A stretch of 64,000 bases of DNA from an uncultured Candidatus Saccharibacteria bacterium (lineage in GTDB: Bacteria; Patescibacteriota; Doudnabacteria; UBA920): assembly GCA_964372905.1 (NCBI GenBank), contig CAYJQY010000001.1:72848-136847 (forward strand). The letters are read 5' to 3'. Below the pieces are notes generated by a model. It did no database searches and was not told where the DNA came from. It saw only the letters and a program-made list of their open reading frames with translations. A program made the position numbers and the translations under genes. Below, piece by piece: positions 8,352 to 18,235 of this stretch (the first letter of the stretch is position 1; each line of letters opens with the position of its first letter).

Positions 8352-11300
8352 ATGAAATTCACCCACCTCCATTGCCACAGCCACTATTCGCTCCTGGACG
8401 GCCTGTCCCGCATCGGTCCCCTGGTGGAGCGGACAAAAAATTTGGGTATGGAAGCGCTGGCCCTCACTGACCACGGCGTGCTCTACGGTGCGGTGGAATT
8501 TTATAACAAAGCGCGCGACGCCGGACTCAAGCCAATTATCGGCATGGAAGTTTACATTGCCCCGCGCGGCCTGGCCAGCAAAGACGGCCGCCAGGACGCC
8601 GATTATTATCATTTAACTTTATTGGCCATGAACGATCAGGGCTATAAAAACCTGATCCAGCTCACCACCATCGCCCATCTCGAGGGCTTCTACTACAAAC
8701 CAAGAATCGATAAAGAAATTTTAAAAAAATATGGCGACGGACTGATTGCCTTGTCCGGCTGCCAGCGCGGAGAAATCCCGCGCGCGGTCGTCAACCAATC
8801 AGACCAGGAGGCTAAACTTGCGCTCCGGCAGCACCTGAACATCTTCGGCCCTAACCGGCTGTATGTGGAAATCCAACGCAACGCGCGCGCCAACACCGAA
8901 GCGCAAACCGCCCTCAACAACGCGCTTATTGCCTTTGCGCGCACCAACGGCCTGCCTCTGGTGGCTACGCAGGACAGCCATTATATTTACCCGGAAGATG
9001 CCGAAGCCCACGATGTCATGGTCTGCATTGGCACGGGCAAAACCGTGGGCGATTCCGGCCGCCTCGACATGCGCGGCGCTGACCTGTCATTGCGCTCGCC
9101 CGAGCAAATGGCCGAAGCATTTTATGATTTGCCCGAGGCCATCAGCAACACCCAGGTCATTGCCGAGCAGTGCAATTTGGAAATCCTGGTAGACCAGCGC
9201 TATTTCCCCACCGTGGAGTTGCCCAAGGGCGTGACCGCAGAAGAGCATTTGAAAACCTTAGCCCACCAGCGGGCGCGGGAACTTTATGCCAAGGACGAAG
9301 CCGTGCCGCAAGAAATCACCGAGCGCATTGACTACGAGCTCAACATCATCAACAAAAAAGGATTTGCCACATATTTTTTGATGGTAGCTGACATCGTCGG
9401 CGGGGCGCACGAACTTGGCGCCCTTACCAACACTCGCGGCAGCGCGGCCGGCAGTCTCGTAGGAAAAGTCTTAGGCATCACCACGGTTGACCCGATTTAC
9501 TACGAATTACCCTTTGAGCGCTTTTTGACCATGGACCGGCCAGGCACGCCGGATATTGACCTGGATATTGCCGACAACCGGCGGGAAGAGACCATCGGCT
9601 GGATTACCGAACGCTACGGGCGGGATAAGGTCGCCCAAATTATAACTTTTGGAACGATGAAAGCGCGCGCGGCGGTGCGCGACGTCGGCCGGGCTTTGGG
9701 AGTGCCTTACGGAAAATGCGATCGGATCGCCAAAATGATTCCCCTGGGCAAGCAGGGTTTCGACATGACGCTGGACCATGCTATTACTGTAACGCCGGAA
9801 CTGAAAGACGTTTACGAACGCGATCCGGAGACAAATAAAATTCTGACTATTGCCAAAAAATTGGAGGGTTGTGCGCGGCACGCTTCGATTCACGCAGCGG
9901 GTATTGTCATTACCCCAACCGCTCTGACCGACTATCTCCCACTTCAGCTTGAACCGGATGGCCAGCGGCGCATCACCCAATATGACATGTATGCCATTGA
10001 CGTCAACGTCAATTCCAAGGCGCTGGGACTAATTAAAATTGATCTTTTGGGGATCAGAAATTTAACTATTGTTGAGCAGGCCGTGAGAATAGTCAAGCAG
10101 CGCCATGGCATTGACATCGATATTTATAATCTCCCCCACCCCGACGAAAAAACTTTCAAGCTGCTGTCCGACGGCCTGACCTTCGGCGTGTTTCAGCTCG
10201 GTTCGTCAGGTATTACCCGCTATTTGCGGGAACTGCGGCCGACCCGGATTTTTGACATCATGGCCATGATCGCCTTGTACCGCCCCGGCCCCATGCAATT
10301 CATTCCCGAATACATCGCGCGCAAGCATAATCCCAGTCTGATTAAATATTTCGATCCGGCCTTGGAAAAAATTCTCAAGCGCACCTATGGAATTTTAGTT
10401 TACCAAGATGATCTGCTAACCATTGCCCACGACCTAGCCGGCTACAGCTGGGCCGAGGTCGATAAATTCCGCAAGGCCGTGGGTAAAAAAGACCCGGTCG
10501 AAATGGCTAAACAAAAAATCAAGTTTATCCAAGGGTGCATGGATACGTCCGGCTGGAGCCACAACAAAGCCAGCCAGATTTGGGCCTGGATCGAACCGTT
10601 TGCGGCCTATGGTTTTAACAAAGCCCATTCGGCATCCTACGCCATTGTTTCCTATCAGACCGCCTATATGAAGGCCAATTATCCCGTGGAGTTCATGGCG
10701 GCTTTGATGACTGCGGAAAGCGGCGATGAAACCAAAATCTATGCCGCGGTTGAGGAGGGCAAAAATTTAAGCATCCAGGTTTTGCCGCCGGACGTCAACG
10801 AATCTTTAGATAACTTTACCGTGGTCAACGAGGCCACCATCCGCTTCGGCTTAAATGCCATAAAAAATTTGGGCAACGATGTGATTGCGCGGATAATTGA
10901 AGTCCGCAATAATCTGGTAGGCGACCCTGGGACTCAAGCCCAATCTCGCGGCTTTGCGTCGCTGGAGGATTTTTTGATTCGCAGCCACACCAAAAATCTC
11001 AATAAAAAATCCTGGGAAGCTTTGGTTAAATCCGGGGCTTTGGATTCGTTTGGCGAGCGCGGCTCCATGCTGGCCAGCACAGAACAGGTTTTGGATTTCT
11101 TGCGCGAGCATTTTAAGCATGAGACTTCGGGGCAAAACTCTTTATTCGGGACATCAAACCAAACCGGCCGGCTCAAGCTCAAAAACGTAGCGCCGGCAGA
11201 CAAAGACGAACGCCTGGCCTGGGAAAAGGAACATCTCGGCATGTACGTATCGGCTCACCCTTTGGACCGCTACCGCGAAGTGCTAAAGTCAGTCACGTCC

Positions 11301-11840
11301 ATAAAAACTTTGGCTGACCTGGGAGAGGACAATATTGTCACGGTCGGCGGGATCATTGCTAAACTTAAACGCACCATAACCAAAAAGAATGACCCTATGG
11401 CCTTTTTAACCTTGCAGGATTCCAGCGGGATCATTGAAGTTTTAGTTTTTCCTAAAGTGATGGCTAACGTGGTGTCTTTACTCCAACTCGACGGCGTAGT
11501 CCAGGTATCTGGCCGTCTGTCCGAGCGCGAGGGCGAATTTAACCTCATTGCTAACGACCTGCGTTCCCTGCCCACCGACGAATCCTATCTGGCAGCTTTA
11601 TCAGAAATGGAAAAAAACAAGCAAGTAGTTATCCACATGCAGAAGTCCAGCGACCCCGAGGTCTTAAACCGAATTAAAGATGTAATTGTCAGTTTCCCCG
11701 GCCAGGCCCAAGTTTATTTGAATTTAGGCAATGGAACCGGGGCCAAGATGATAAAAACGCACTCCCAGGTGCGCATCAGTAATGACTTGGTGGCCGCCTT
11801 AAAGGCTATTCCAGAGGTGCTGATGGTGAGCGAAAAATAA
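8352..11840 (+). CDS. dnaE: DNA polymerase III alpha subunit
   Basis: PHP domain N-terminus (HLHCHSHYSLLDGLSRI), polymerase core and OB-fold region, 1162 aa. An extended -10 (tgatataat) lies just upstream. Confidence 0.95.
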   Translation: MKFTHLHCHSHYSLLDGLSRIGPLVERTKNLGMEALALTDHGVLYGAVEFYNKARDAGLKPIIGMEVYIAPRGLASKDGRQDADYYHLTLLAMNDQGYKNLIQLTTIAHLEGFYYKPRIDKEILKKYGDGLIALSGCQRGEIPRAVVNQSDQEAKLALRQHLNIFGPNRLYVEIQRNARANTEAQTALNNALIAFARTNGLPLVATQDSHYIYPEDAEAHDVMVCIGTGKTVGDSGRLDMRGADLSLRSPEQMAEAFYDLPEAISNTQVIAEQCNLEILVDQRYFPTVELPKGVTAEEHLKTLAHQRARELYAKDEAVPQEITERIDYELNIINKKGFATYFLMVADIVGGAHELGALTNTRGSAAGSLVGKVLGITTVDPIYYELPFERFLTMDRPGTPDIDLDIADNRREETIGWITERYGRDKVAQIITFGTMKARAAVRDVGRALGVPYGKCDRIAKMIPLGKQGFDMTLDHAITVTPELKDVYERDPETNKILTIAKKLEGCARHASIHAAGIVITPTALTDYLPLQLEPDGQRRITQYDMYAIDVNVNSKALGLIKIDLLGIRNLTIVEQAVRIVKQRHGIDIDIYNLPHPDEKTFKLLSDGLTFGVFQLGSSGITRYLRELRPTRIFDIMAMIALYRPGPMQFIPEYIARKHNPSLIKYFDPALEKILKRTYGILVYQDDLLTIAHDLAGYSWAEVDKFRKAVGKKDPVEMAKQKIKFIQGCMDTSGWSHNKASQIWAWIEPFAAYGFNKAHSASYAIVSYQTAYMKANYPVEFMAALMTAESGDETKIYAAVEEGKNLSIQVLPPDVNESLDNFTVVNEATIRFGLNAIKNLGNDVIARIIEVRNNLVGDPGTQAQSRGFASLEDFLIRSHTKNLNKKSWEALVKSGALDSFGERGSMLASTEQVLDFLREHFKHETSGQNSLFGTSNQTGRLKLKNVAPADKDERLAWEKEHLGMYVSAHPLDRYREVLKSVTSIKTLADLGEDNIVTVGGIIAKLKRTITKKNDPMAFLTLQDSSGIIEVLVFPKVMANVVSLLQLDGVVQVSGRLSEREGEFNLIANDLRSLPTDESYLAALSEMEKNKQVVIHMQKSSDPEVLNRIKDVIVSFPGQAQVYLNLGNGTGAKMIKTHSQVRISNDLVAALKAIPEVLMVSEK

Positions 11841-11930
11841 AAAAATTGAAATCTGAAGTGTTCCATGATGAATTTTTTCCTCATATACATGAGGAAATTT
11901 AGTTTGTCCCTGCCAAATCCCCGCTAAAAT

Positions 11931-11959
11931 TTGCATTTTTGAAAATTTTCCCTTATAAT
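11931..11959 (+). promoter_or_regulatory. near-consensus sigma70 promoter (TTGCAT, 17-nt spacer, TATAAT) in the dnaE-thrS intergenic region
   Basis: ttgcat-ttttgaaaattttccct-tataat. It would drive a transcript with a ~260-nt structured leader into the 12223 ORF. Confidence 0.5.
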
Positions 11960-12222
11960 TTCCCCAATAGATAAGAGCAATTTTATCTTGCACCTTCCAA
12001 GCAAAATACAAAACTGGAAAAGAAAAGCCGTGTTTCCTGCTACGATCCTTAGCCCTGATTTCGGGAATAGGGATCGTAGCAGGAGGTAGCACAAAACTCC
12101 CTCTACGGCGGGCGGAGAGCCTTCTCTGTCTGAACTCTGTTAACAGATAACAGAAGTTAGCTGAAGCACTTTCGGTTTGGTCTCAGGATTGGCCTGAAAT
12201 CAAACACACGAGGTGAATCACT

Positions 12223-12648
12223 ATGAGAACGAGACGAACCCTATGGGCTATCGTTTTGGCAAGCGCCGTGATCATCGGGTTGATGACAACGACGGAGGCT
12301 GCCCAGGCGACGGCAAGCATTAACAAGACGGCCGTGTGCGTGGCGATGAGTATCAATATCCCGCCCGGAAACGCGACAACGGCTGAGGCCGCGATGGTAG
12401 CTGGAGCGGCAGCGCGGTATGCCGACGTGCTACACAAGAAGCAGGCTAACCTGAATTCAAGCGCGATGCTGAGGGCGGAGAATACAGGATGCCTTGGAAC
12501 GGTGACCCCTACACTCGCTAAGCGTTCGGCTTCGACCACTTCGAACCGGACGCCTGGAGAAAACTCGGCCCGGTCTCGGGCTCATAACACGGCCGCGGGA
12601 ACATCACGCGGCGCACCGGCGGTTTCGCAGAACAAGCAGATCGGATAA
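12223..12648 (+). CDS. hypothetical small secreted protein (signal peptide, Ala/Thr/Ser-rich), atypical GC-rich composition
   Basis: GAGGTGA Shine-Dalgarno 7 nt upstream of the ATG. N-terminal MRTRRTLWAIVLASAVIIGLMTTTEAAQA resembles a signal peptide. The C-terminal half is low complexity. Could also be a spurious ORF over a structured RNA. Confidence 0.35.
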   Translation: MRTRRTLWAIVLASAVIIGLMTTTEAAQATASINKTAVCVAMSINIPPGNATTAEAAMVAGAAARYADVLHKKQANLNSSAMLRAENTGCLGTVTPTLAKRSASTTSNRTPGENSARSRAHNTAAGTSRGAPAVSQNKQIG

Positions 12649-13112
12649 TCCGCCGTTCGGGAGTCGGCCCTCCAGTTCAGTAACATTCGGGCTGGAGGGC
12701 CCGACTCATAAACATGCCTAGTAGGGACGCCAATTGGCGAATCGAGCGGCGCGCGGGGCGAATCCCCGTTTACAATTTAATTTATAAGAGGATCTTATTG
12801 AGGACGTCCGGCCTTAAAGCCGGATTGTAGAATTGCTACCTTGCAGTTTTATCGCGAAAGCACAACAAATGTTGTGTCTTTCTTTCGTTATAGGGGCTTA
12901 TTGACCGTATTGTGAGAATAATTTAAACTAAAAGCAGTATCGCAAACGTTGATCCGGCCACCAACCGGGGAGCTTGAATAAAATCAATAAAAAGGCCGCG
13001 CAATTTGGTGCGCAGCGATCTGGGACGGAAACGTCGCTCGAAATTCGAAGACCCCAGGACTTGGTTTCTGATCATCTATTTATTGATCAGTGGCCGACTC
13101 CCGGGGTTTTAT

Positions 13113-13364
13113 TTAACCCTTAATGCCAAAATGGGTTTTGATGCTTACGAGACCAGTTTCCAAAGCTTCTACTCTAGTTTCAATCCGGTCCATTCGATGA
13201 ACGCCCATGACCACCTCTTGCTCTAAACGTTTCAAAATAACCATGACTTCATCCATTTTCCGTAAAAACTCGTCACGAGTAAGAACGTTTGCCAACATAA
13301 CTTCGTGTCTAGCTAAAATTTCATCATGATCCATAATCTTGCGATAAATAAACTTTTCATTCAT
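13113..13364 (-). CDS. hypothetical small coiled-coil protein (83 aa)
   Basis: ATG at 13362-13364 preceded by an AAAGGA SD (MNEKFIYRKIMDHDE..). Heptad-like charged sequence. A downstream minus-strand terminator lies near 12985-13010. Confidence 0.5.
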   Translation of the reverse strand: MNEKFIYRKIMDHDEILARHEVMLANVLTRDEFLRKMDEVMVILKRLEQEVVMGVHRMDRIETRVEALETGLVSIKTHFGIKG

Positions 13365-13452
13365 GCACCGTCCTTTCAAATTAATTCTTTTATCTGCGCT
13401 TGTCAATGATATAATAACTATGCTTAAATTCTGATGAAGATAAGATAAATTT

Positions 13453-15219
13453 ATGATCAAAAACGACGAAGTTATCCACAATCTAAGACATTCTCTGGCG
13501 CACCTTTTGGCCGCGGCGGTGATTGAGCTTTACCCGGGCGCTCAAAACGCCATCGGTCCGGCCATCGAGGACGGGTTTTATCAGGATTTGGACATTCCAA
13601 AACCGATCTCGGAAAACGACCTGCCGGCAATCGAGCGGAAGATGCGCGAGATTCTTAAAACGTGGAAAAAATTCGAACGCCGCAAGGTCAGTCCAGAAGA
13701 AGCTCTAAAGCAATTTTCCTGGAACACTTATAAACAAGAACTCATTCGTGACTTTGCCCAAGAAGGCCAAACGATTACCCTCTATATTTCGGGAAACTTC
13801 GTGGATCTTTGCCGCGGCGGCCATGTAGAGGATGTGACTCAAATAAATCCTGACGCGTTCAAACTGACTAAAGTCGCCGGCGCCTACTGGAGAGGAAATC
13901 AATCCAAGCAGCAACTCACCCGCATCTACGGCCTGGCTTTCAATTCCAAAAAGGAGCTCGACGACTACGAAAAAATGCTGGCTGAAGCCGAGAAGCGCGA
14001 CCACAAAAAACTAGGCAAAGAGTTAGGATTGTTTGCATTTTCAGAAACCGTAGGCAAAGGCCTGCCGCTTTGGACACCCAAAGGCTCAGTCGTACGCCGC
14101 GAGCTGGAACGCTTCATTGTTGATGAAGAACTCAAGCGCGGCTATCTGCATGTCTACACGCCGGACATCGCGCGCCTGGAACTCTATAAAAAGTCCGGCC
14201 ACTATCCCTACTATAAAGACTCTATGTATGCGCCCATCAAAATCGATGAAGATGAATTTATGCTTCGCCCCATGACCTGCCCGCATCACTTTGAACTTTA
14301 CTTAAGCGAGCCCCATAGCTATCGCGAGCTACCTATGCGTATAGCCGAGCTGGCCCACAATTACCGTTATGAACAATCCGGGGAGCTTATGGGACTGCTT
14401 CGGGTGCGCACTTTCTGCCTGGCAGACGCTCATATCATCGCCCGCAAACAACAAGCCTTAACAGAAATTACAGGCGTACTTGACCTCATAGAATTTGTCT
14501 GCACCACACTGGGCCTGAGCCAAGGCGAAGACTACCGCTATCACCTCTCACTCGGTGACCGCAACGATGAAAAAAAATACTACAAGGATGATGCGGCCTG
14601 GGATGAAGCTGAATCCGCTTTACGCAAAGCGCTCCAAGAGCGAAACGCAACCTTTTTCGAAGCCGAAAATGAAGCCGCGTTCTACGGCCCAAAAATTGAT
14701 ATTCAGATGAAGAACGTCAACGGCAAGGAAGATACTGCCTTTACGGTCCAATACGATTTCGTTATGCCTAAACGGTTCAAGCTGACCTACACTAATGAAT
14801 CGGGGCAAGACGAGGAGCCGATTGTCATTCACCGTTCCTCCATTGGCGCGCTGGAAAGAATTTTTGCCTTTCTTATTGAACGCTACGCCGGCGCATTCCC
14901 GGTTTGGCTGGCGCCGGTGCAAGCTATGGTTTTACCCATCAGCGAGAAACAAATTGACTACGCCCGTTCTGTCGCCGCCGAGCTTAAACAGCTAATACCT
15001 GCTATTCGCATCGAGATGGACGAGCGCAGCGAGTCCATCGGCAAAAAAATCCGCGAAGCAAGCATGCAAAAAATCCCCTATCTCGTTATTGTAGGCGATA
15101 AAGAAGTTGCGGCGAAACAGATTGCGGTGCGTGCTAGAGGTGACCAGGATTTGGGAGCACTGTCGGTTAAAAAATTTAGCGACCATCTCAAACAAGAAAT
15201 AGACAGTAAAAAATTGTGA
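13453..15219 (+). CDS. thrS: threonyl-tRNA synthetase lacking the N-terminal TGS/N1 domains
   Basis: Starts at the second additional (editing-type) domain with HSLAHLL. Class II core with the Zn site CPHH, anticodon-binding C-terminus, 588 aa. Confidence 0.9.
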   Translation: MIKNDEVIHNLRHSLAHLLAAAVIELYPGAQNAIGPAIEDGFYQDLDIPKPISENDLPAIERKMREILKTWKKFERRKVSPEEALKQFSWNTYKQELIRDFAQEGQTITLYISGNFVDLCRGGHVEDVTQINPDAFKLTKVAGAYWRGNQSKQQLTRIYGLAFNSKKELDDYEKMLAEAEKRDHKKLGKELGLFAFSETVGKGLPLWTPKGSVVRRELERFIVDEELKRGYLHVYTPDIARLELYKKSGHYPYYKDSMYAPIKIDEDEFMLRPMTCPHHFELYLSEPHSYRELPMRIAELAHNYRYEQSGELMGLLRVRTFCLADAHIIARKQQALTEITGVLDLIEFVCTTLGLSQGEDYRYHLSLGDRNDEKKYYKDDAAWDEAESALRKALQERNATFFEAENEAAFYGPKIDIQMKNVNGKEDTAFTVQYDFVMPKRFKLTYTNESGQDEEPIVIHRSSIGALERIFAFLIERYAGAFPVWLAPVQAMVLPISEKQIDYARSVAAELKQLIPAIRIEMDERSESIGKKIREASMQKIPYLVIVGDKEVAAKQIAVRARGDQDLGALSVKKFSDHLKQEIDSKKL

Positions 15220-15345
15220 GGGCGGCGATAACAGAGCCGCCAAGCCGGATTGCCTAAGAAAAACTATTGGAGCGTAAGTTTTCAAGCTTTGGCGAAGCCA
15301 AAGGGCAGAAAACCAGCGACCTAGTTTTTCGTGGCAAACGGCTCG

Positions 15346-15370
15346 GCGGCTAACTCCCGCCTCTTTTTTT
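15346..15370 (+). terminator. intrinsic terminator after thrS
   Basis: ggcgg-ctaactc-ccgcc followed by tcttttttt. Confidence 0.6.
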
Positions 15371-15414
15371 ATCCACAATAAAATGCTATAGTTTGTCTGT
15401 ATTAATTTGAATTT

Positions 15415-17262
15415 ATGTGCGGCATTATTGGCTATGTGGGCAAAAAGGAAGCGCAACCCATCCTTATGGAAGGGTTGAAGCGCATGGAGTACCGGGGCTA
15501 TGACAGCGCGGGTATTGCGGTCATTGAACGGCCAGGTATTGTCTGCATAAAAAAACAAGGGAAAATTTCCAAACTGGAAACGGCGCTTAACAGCAAGCTC
15601 AACGGCAGAAACTTTAAGGGCACGGTTGGCATTGCTCACACGCGCTGGGCCACTCACGGCGCTCCCAGCGACAAAAACGCCCATCCGCACGCCGACTGTC
15701 GGGAACAAATTTACGTGGCGCATAACGGCATTATCGAAAACGCCAAAGACCTAAAAAAGAAGTTGGCCAGGAAGAGGCATGAATTCCGCTCGGACACGGA
15801 TACTGAACTTATCGCTCACCTCATTGAAGAGGGCTATAAGAAACATAAAAAGCTCGAGCAGGCCGTGGCCCACGCCCTAAAACTCATTACTGGAACTTAC
15901 GGTTTGGTGGTGCTGTCAAATTTAGAGCCGGAAAAAATTGTGGCCGCCCGTTTGGGCAGCCCCCTGGTTATCGGGATTACTGACGACGGCGAATATATCG
16001 TAGCTTCAGACGTCGCGGCGATTCTGCGGCACACCCGTGAAGTGGTGTATCTTGAGGACCGGGAAATGGTCGTTTTGGAGCCGGGCGGGTATCGGATCTT
16101 GAGCGCGCAAGAAAAAGAAATTGGCCGCAACTCCGAGCACGTGGAATGGGACATCACTCAAGTGGAAAAAAACGGTTTTGATCATTTCCTCCTGAAAGAA
16201 ATTTTTGAGCAGCCTGAAGTCTTAGGCAACGCGCTTAAAGGACGCATGGACATTGGCGCCGGCGACGCGCACATGGGAGGTATCCAGGACGTATCCAAAC
16301 GCTTGGCCAAAATCAACCGGATCATTATTGTAGGATGCGGCGCAGCATATTATGCCGCCCTTGTCGGTAAATACATGATTGAGGAATATGCCGGGATTCC
16401 GGTGGAAGTCGATTTAGGTTCCGAGTTCCGCTACCGCAAGCCGGTGCTGGATGATAAAATCGCGGTCATATTTATTTCCCAGTCAGGCGAAACGGCCGAC
16501 ACTTTAGCCGCCCTGAAAGAAGTGAAACGAAAAAATATTCTCACCCTTAGCGTGGTCAACGTGGTGGGCAGCTCCATTGCCCGCGAAGCAGACGCCGGCG
16601 TCTACATTCACGCCGGACCGGAAATCAGCGTATCGACCACCAAGGCTTTTATGAACCAACTGGGTATACTGACCTTGATCGCGGTCTTTTTAGGCCGTCA
16701 GCGCAACATGTCTTACGTCATGGGCAAACGCATTCTGGAAGAGCTCAACAGCATGCCGGACAAAATCAACCACATTTTGAAAAATAAAGATAAGATCAAG
16801 AAAATCGCAAAAAAATATCTAAAAATAACTAACGCTTTGTTCTTAGGCCGGAAATATAACCTTCCTATTGCCTTAGAGGAAGCGCTTAAGCTTAAGGAAA
16901 TTGCCTACATACACGCCGAAGCGTACGCGGCCGGGGAAATGAAGCACGGCCCCATCGCGCTGATAGACGAAAATTTTCCTAGTTTTGCCATCGTCCCCAA
17001 AGACAGCGTTTACGAAAAAAATATCAGCAGTTTGCAGGAAATCAAGGCCCGCCGCGGAAAAATTATCGCCGTGGCGACGGAAGGCGATAAAGATATTGCC
17101 GACCTGGCTGATAATGTAATGTACGTCCCAAAAACTTTAGAAATGTTTTATCCTATGCTTACGGTGGTGCCGCTCCAGCTGTTTGCCTATTACAGCGCGG
17201 TTTTGCGCAACCGCGACGTGGATCAGCCGCGGAACTTGGCCAAGAGCGTGACCGTGGAATAA
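15415..17262 (+). CDS. glmS: glutamine--fructose-6-phosphate aminotransferase
   Basis: Catalytic Cys at position 2 (MCGIIGYVG), GATase-2 domain plus two SIS domains, 615 aa. Confidence 0.95.
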   Translation: MCGIIGYVGKKEAQPILMEGLKRMEYRGYDSAGIAVIERPGIVCIKKQGKISKLETALNSKLNGRNFKGTVGIAHTRWATHGAPSDKNAHPHADCREQIYVAHNGIIENAKDLKKKLARKRHEFRSDTDTELIAHLIEEGYKKHKKLEQAVAHALKLITGTYGLVVLSNLEPEKIVAARLGSPLVIGITDDGEYIVASDVAAILRHTREVVYLEDREMVVLEPGGYRILSAQEKEIGRNSEHVEWDITQVEKNGFDHFLLKEIFEQPEVLGNALKGRMDIGAGDAHMGGIQDVSKRLAKINRIIIVGCGAAYYAALVGKYMIEEYAGIPVEVDLGSEFRYRKPVLDDKIAVIFISQSGETADTLAALKEVKRKNILTLSVVNVVGSSIAREADAGVYIHAGPEISVSTTKAFMNQLGILTLIAVFLGRQRNMSYVMGKRILEELNSMPDKINHILKNKDKIKKIAKKYLKITNALFLGRKYNLPIALEEALKLKEIAYIHAEAYAAGEMKHGPIALIDENFPSFAIVPKDSVYEKNISSLQEIKARRGKIIAVATEGDKDIADLADNVMYVPKTLEMFYPMLTVVPLQLFAYYSAVLRNRDVDQPRNLAKSVTVE

Positions 17263-17275
17263 GGAAGAATGCCCT

Positions 17276-18235
17276 ATGAAAAAAGTGGTAACTATTGGCG
17301 GCGGCGGCGGACATTCGGCGGTAATCAGGGCGCTGAAAGATTTAGATATCGAGCTGTCAGCCATTGTCAATATGGTGGATGACGCTGGCCATAGCGGCAG
17401 GCTGGTTCGCAAAGAAGGCGTACACTCCCCCGGAGACGTAAGGCGCGTGCTGTCGGCTTCATCGGAACACGCACATAAATTTTTAGAGCACCGCTCAAAC
17501 GATGGCAGTGCGTACGGCAATCTGCTTTTGGCGGCTGCCGAAAAAGAAACCGGATCGTTCCAGGCGGCAATCGACCGAATACGGCAGCAGATGCAAATCG
17601 TTTACAAAGTTTTCCCCGCCTCGGAAGACCAAATCGTATTGCACGCCGAAACCGTCAATCATCAAACCATTACCGGCCAAGCTGAAATTGTTAAGCATAT
17701 ACGAAGCCATCTCGACCAGCCCTATGAGCGGGTCTGGATCGAACCGAAAAACGCTTCTCTTTCTCCCGGCGCCAAAAACGCGCTGGAAAATGCTGATTAT
17801 ATTATTGTGGCTATGGGAGATTTATACAGCAGCATCGCGCCTCTGCTCTGCCTTACCGAAATCTTTGCGCATATAAAAAATAATGCCAAAATCATTTGGC
17901 TGCCAAACTTCACGGCCTCGCCCGGCCAAGTTCATTACCAAAATGTATCAGGCGCTCTCAAATTTCTCCAATCCCTGAACCCATCTTTCCAGCCTAGCGT
18001 CATAGTTGTGCATGTGGGCGAATTGCCTCAAGAGCAGGGGGATATGCTACGCGAGCGCAACTACACTGTGTCAAAACTAGATGTTGAAAAGCTTTCCTCA
18101 ACACAGATATTAACTGCTGACCTGATTAATCCCGCTTACACTCGGCGCAATGAACCCGGTGACAGTATTGACCGGAGTCCCATTGCTTATGATACGGAAA
18201 AGCTAAAAACTATCTTTAAAAAAATTATTGTGTGA
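17276..18235 (+). CDS. YvcK/CofD-like gluconeogenesis factor family protein (UPF0052)
   Basis: N-terminal glycine-rich IGGGGGHSAVIRALK motif typical of the YvcK/CofD family. Confidence 0.7.
   Translation: MKKVVTIGGGGGHSAVIRALKDLDIELSAIVNMVDDAGHSGRLVRKEGVHSPGDVRRVLSASSEHAHKFLEHRSNDGSAYGNLLLAAAEKETGSFQAAIDRIRQQMQIVYKVFPASEDQIVLHAETVNHQTITGQAEIVKHIRSHLDQPYERVWIEPKNASLSPGAKNALENADYIIVAMGDLYSSIAPLLCLTEIFAHIKNNAKIIWLPNFTASPGQVHYQNVSGALKFLQSLNPSFQPSVIVVHVGELPQEQGDMLRERNYTVSKLDVEKLSSTQILTADLINPAYTRRNEPGDSIDRSPIAYDTEKLKTIFKKIIV

Noticed and set aside
12183-12539. 118-aa hydrophobic minus-strand ORF in the dnaE-thrS intergenic region
   Set aside because: Overlaps the + strand 12223 ORF in a GC-rich, structure-rich stretch. 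No SD or promoter. More likely a by-product of GC-rich or RNA-like sequence.
11841-13112. tmRNA, RNase P RNA or SRP RNA in the large intergenic region
   Set aside because: I could not find the tRNA-like 3' end with the resume-tag architecture of tmRNA, nor the GGAAAGUCCGG / ACAGAACCCGGCUUA elements of RNase P, nor the SRP domain IV motif. The region therefore stays unclassified, not assigned.
13365-13452. Possible T-box leader upstream of thrS
   Set aside because: Only about 90 nt separate thrS from the divergent small gene. That is too short, and there is no T-box consensus.
15220-15414. Possible glmS ribozyme upstream of glmS
   Set aside because: The region holds only the thrS terminator and an AT-rich promoter-like stretch. 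None of the conserved glmS ribozyme core segments are recognisable.
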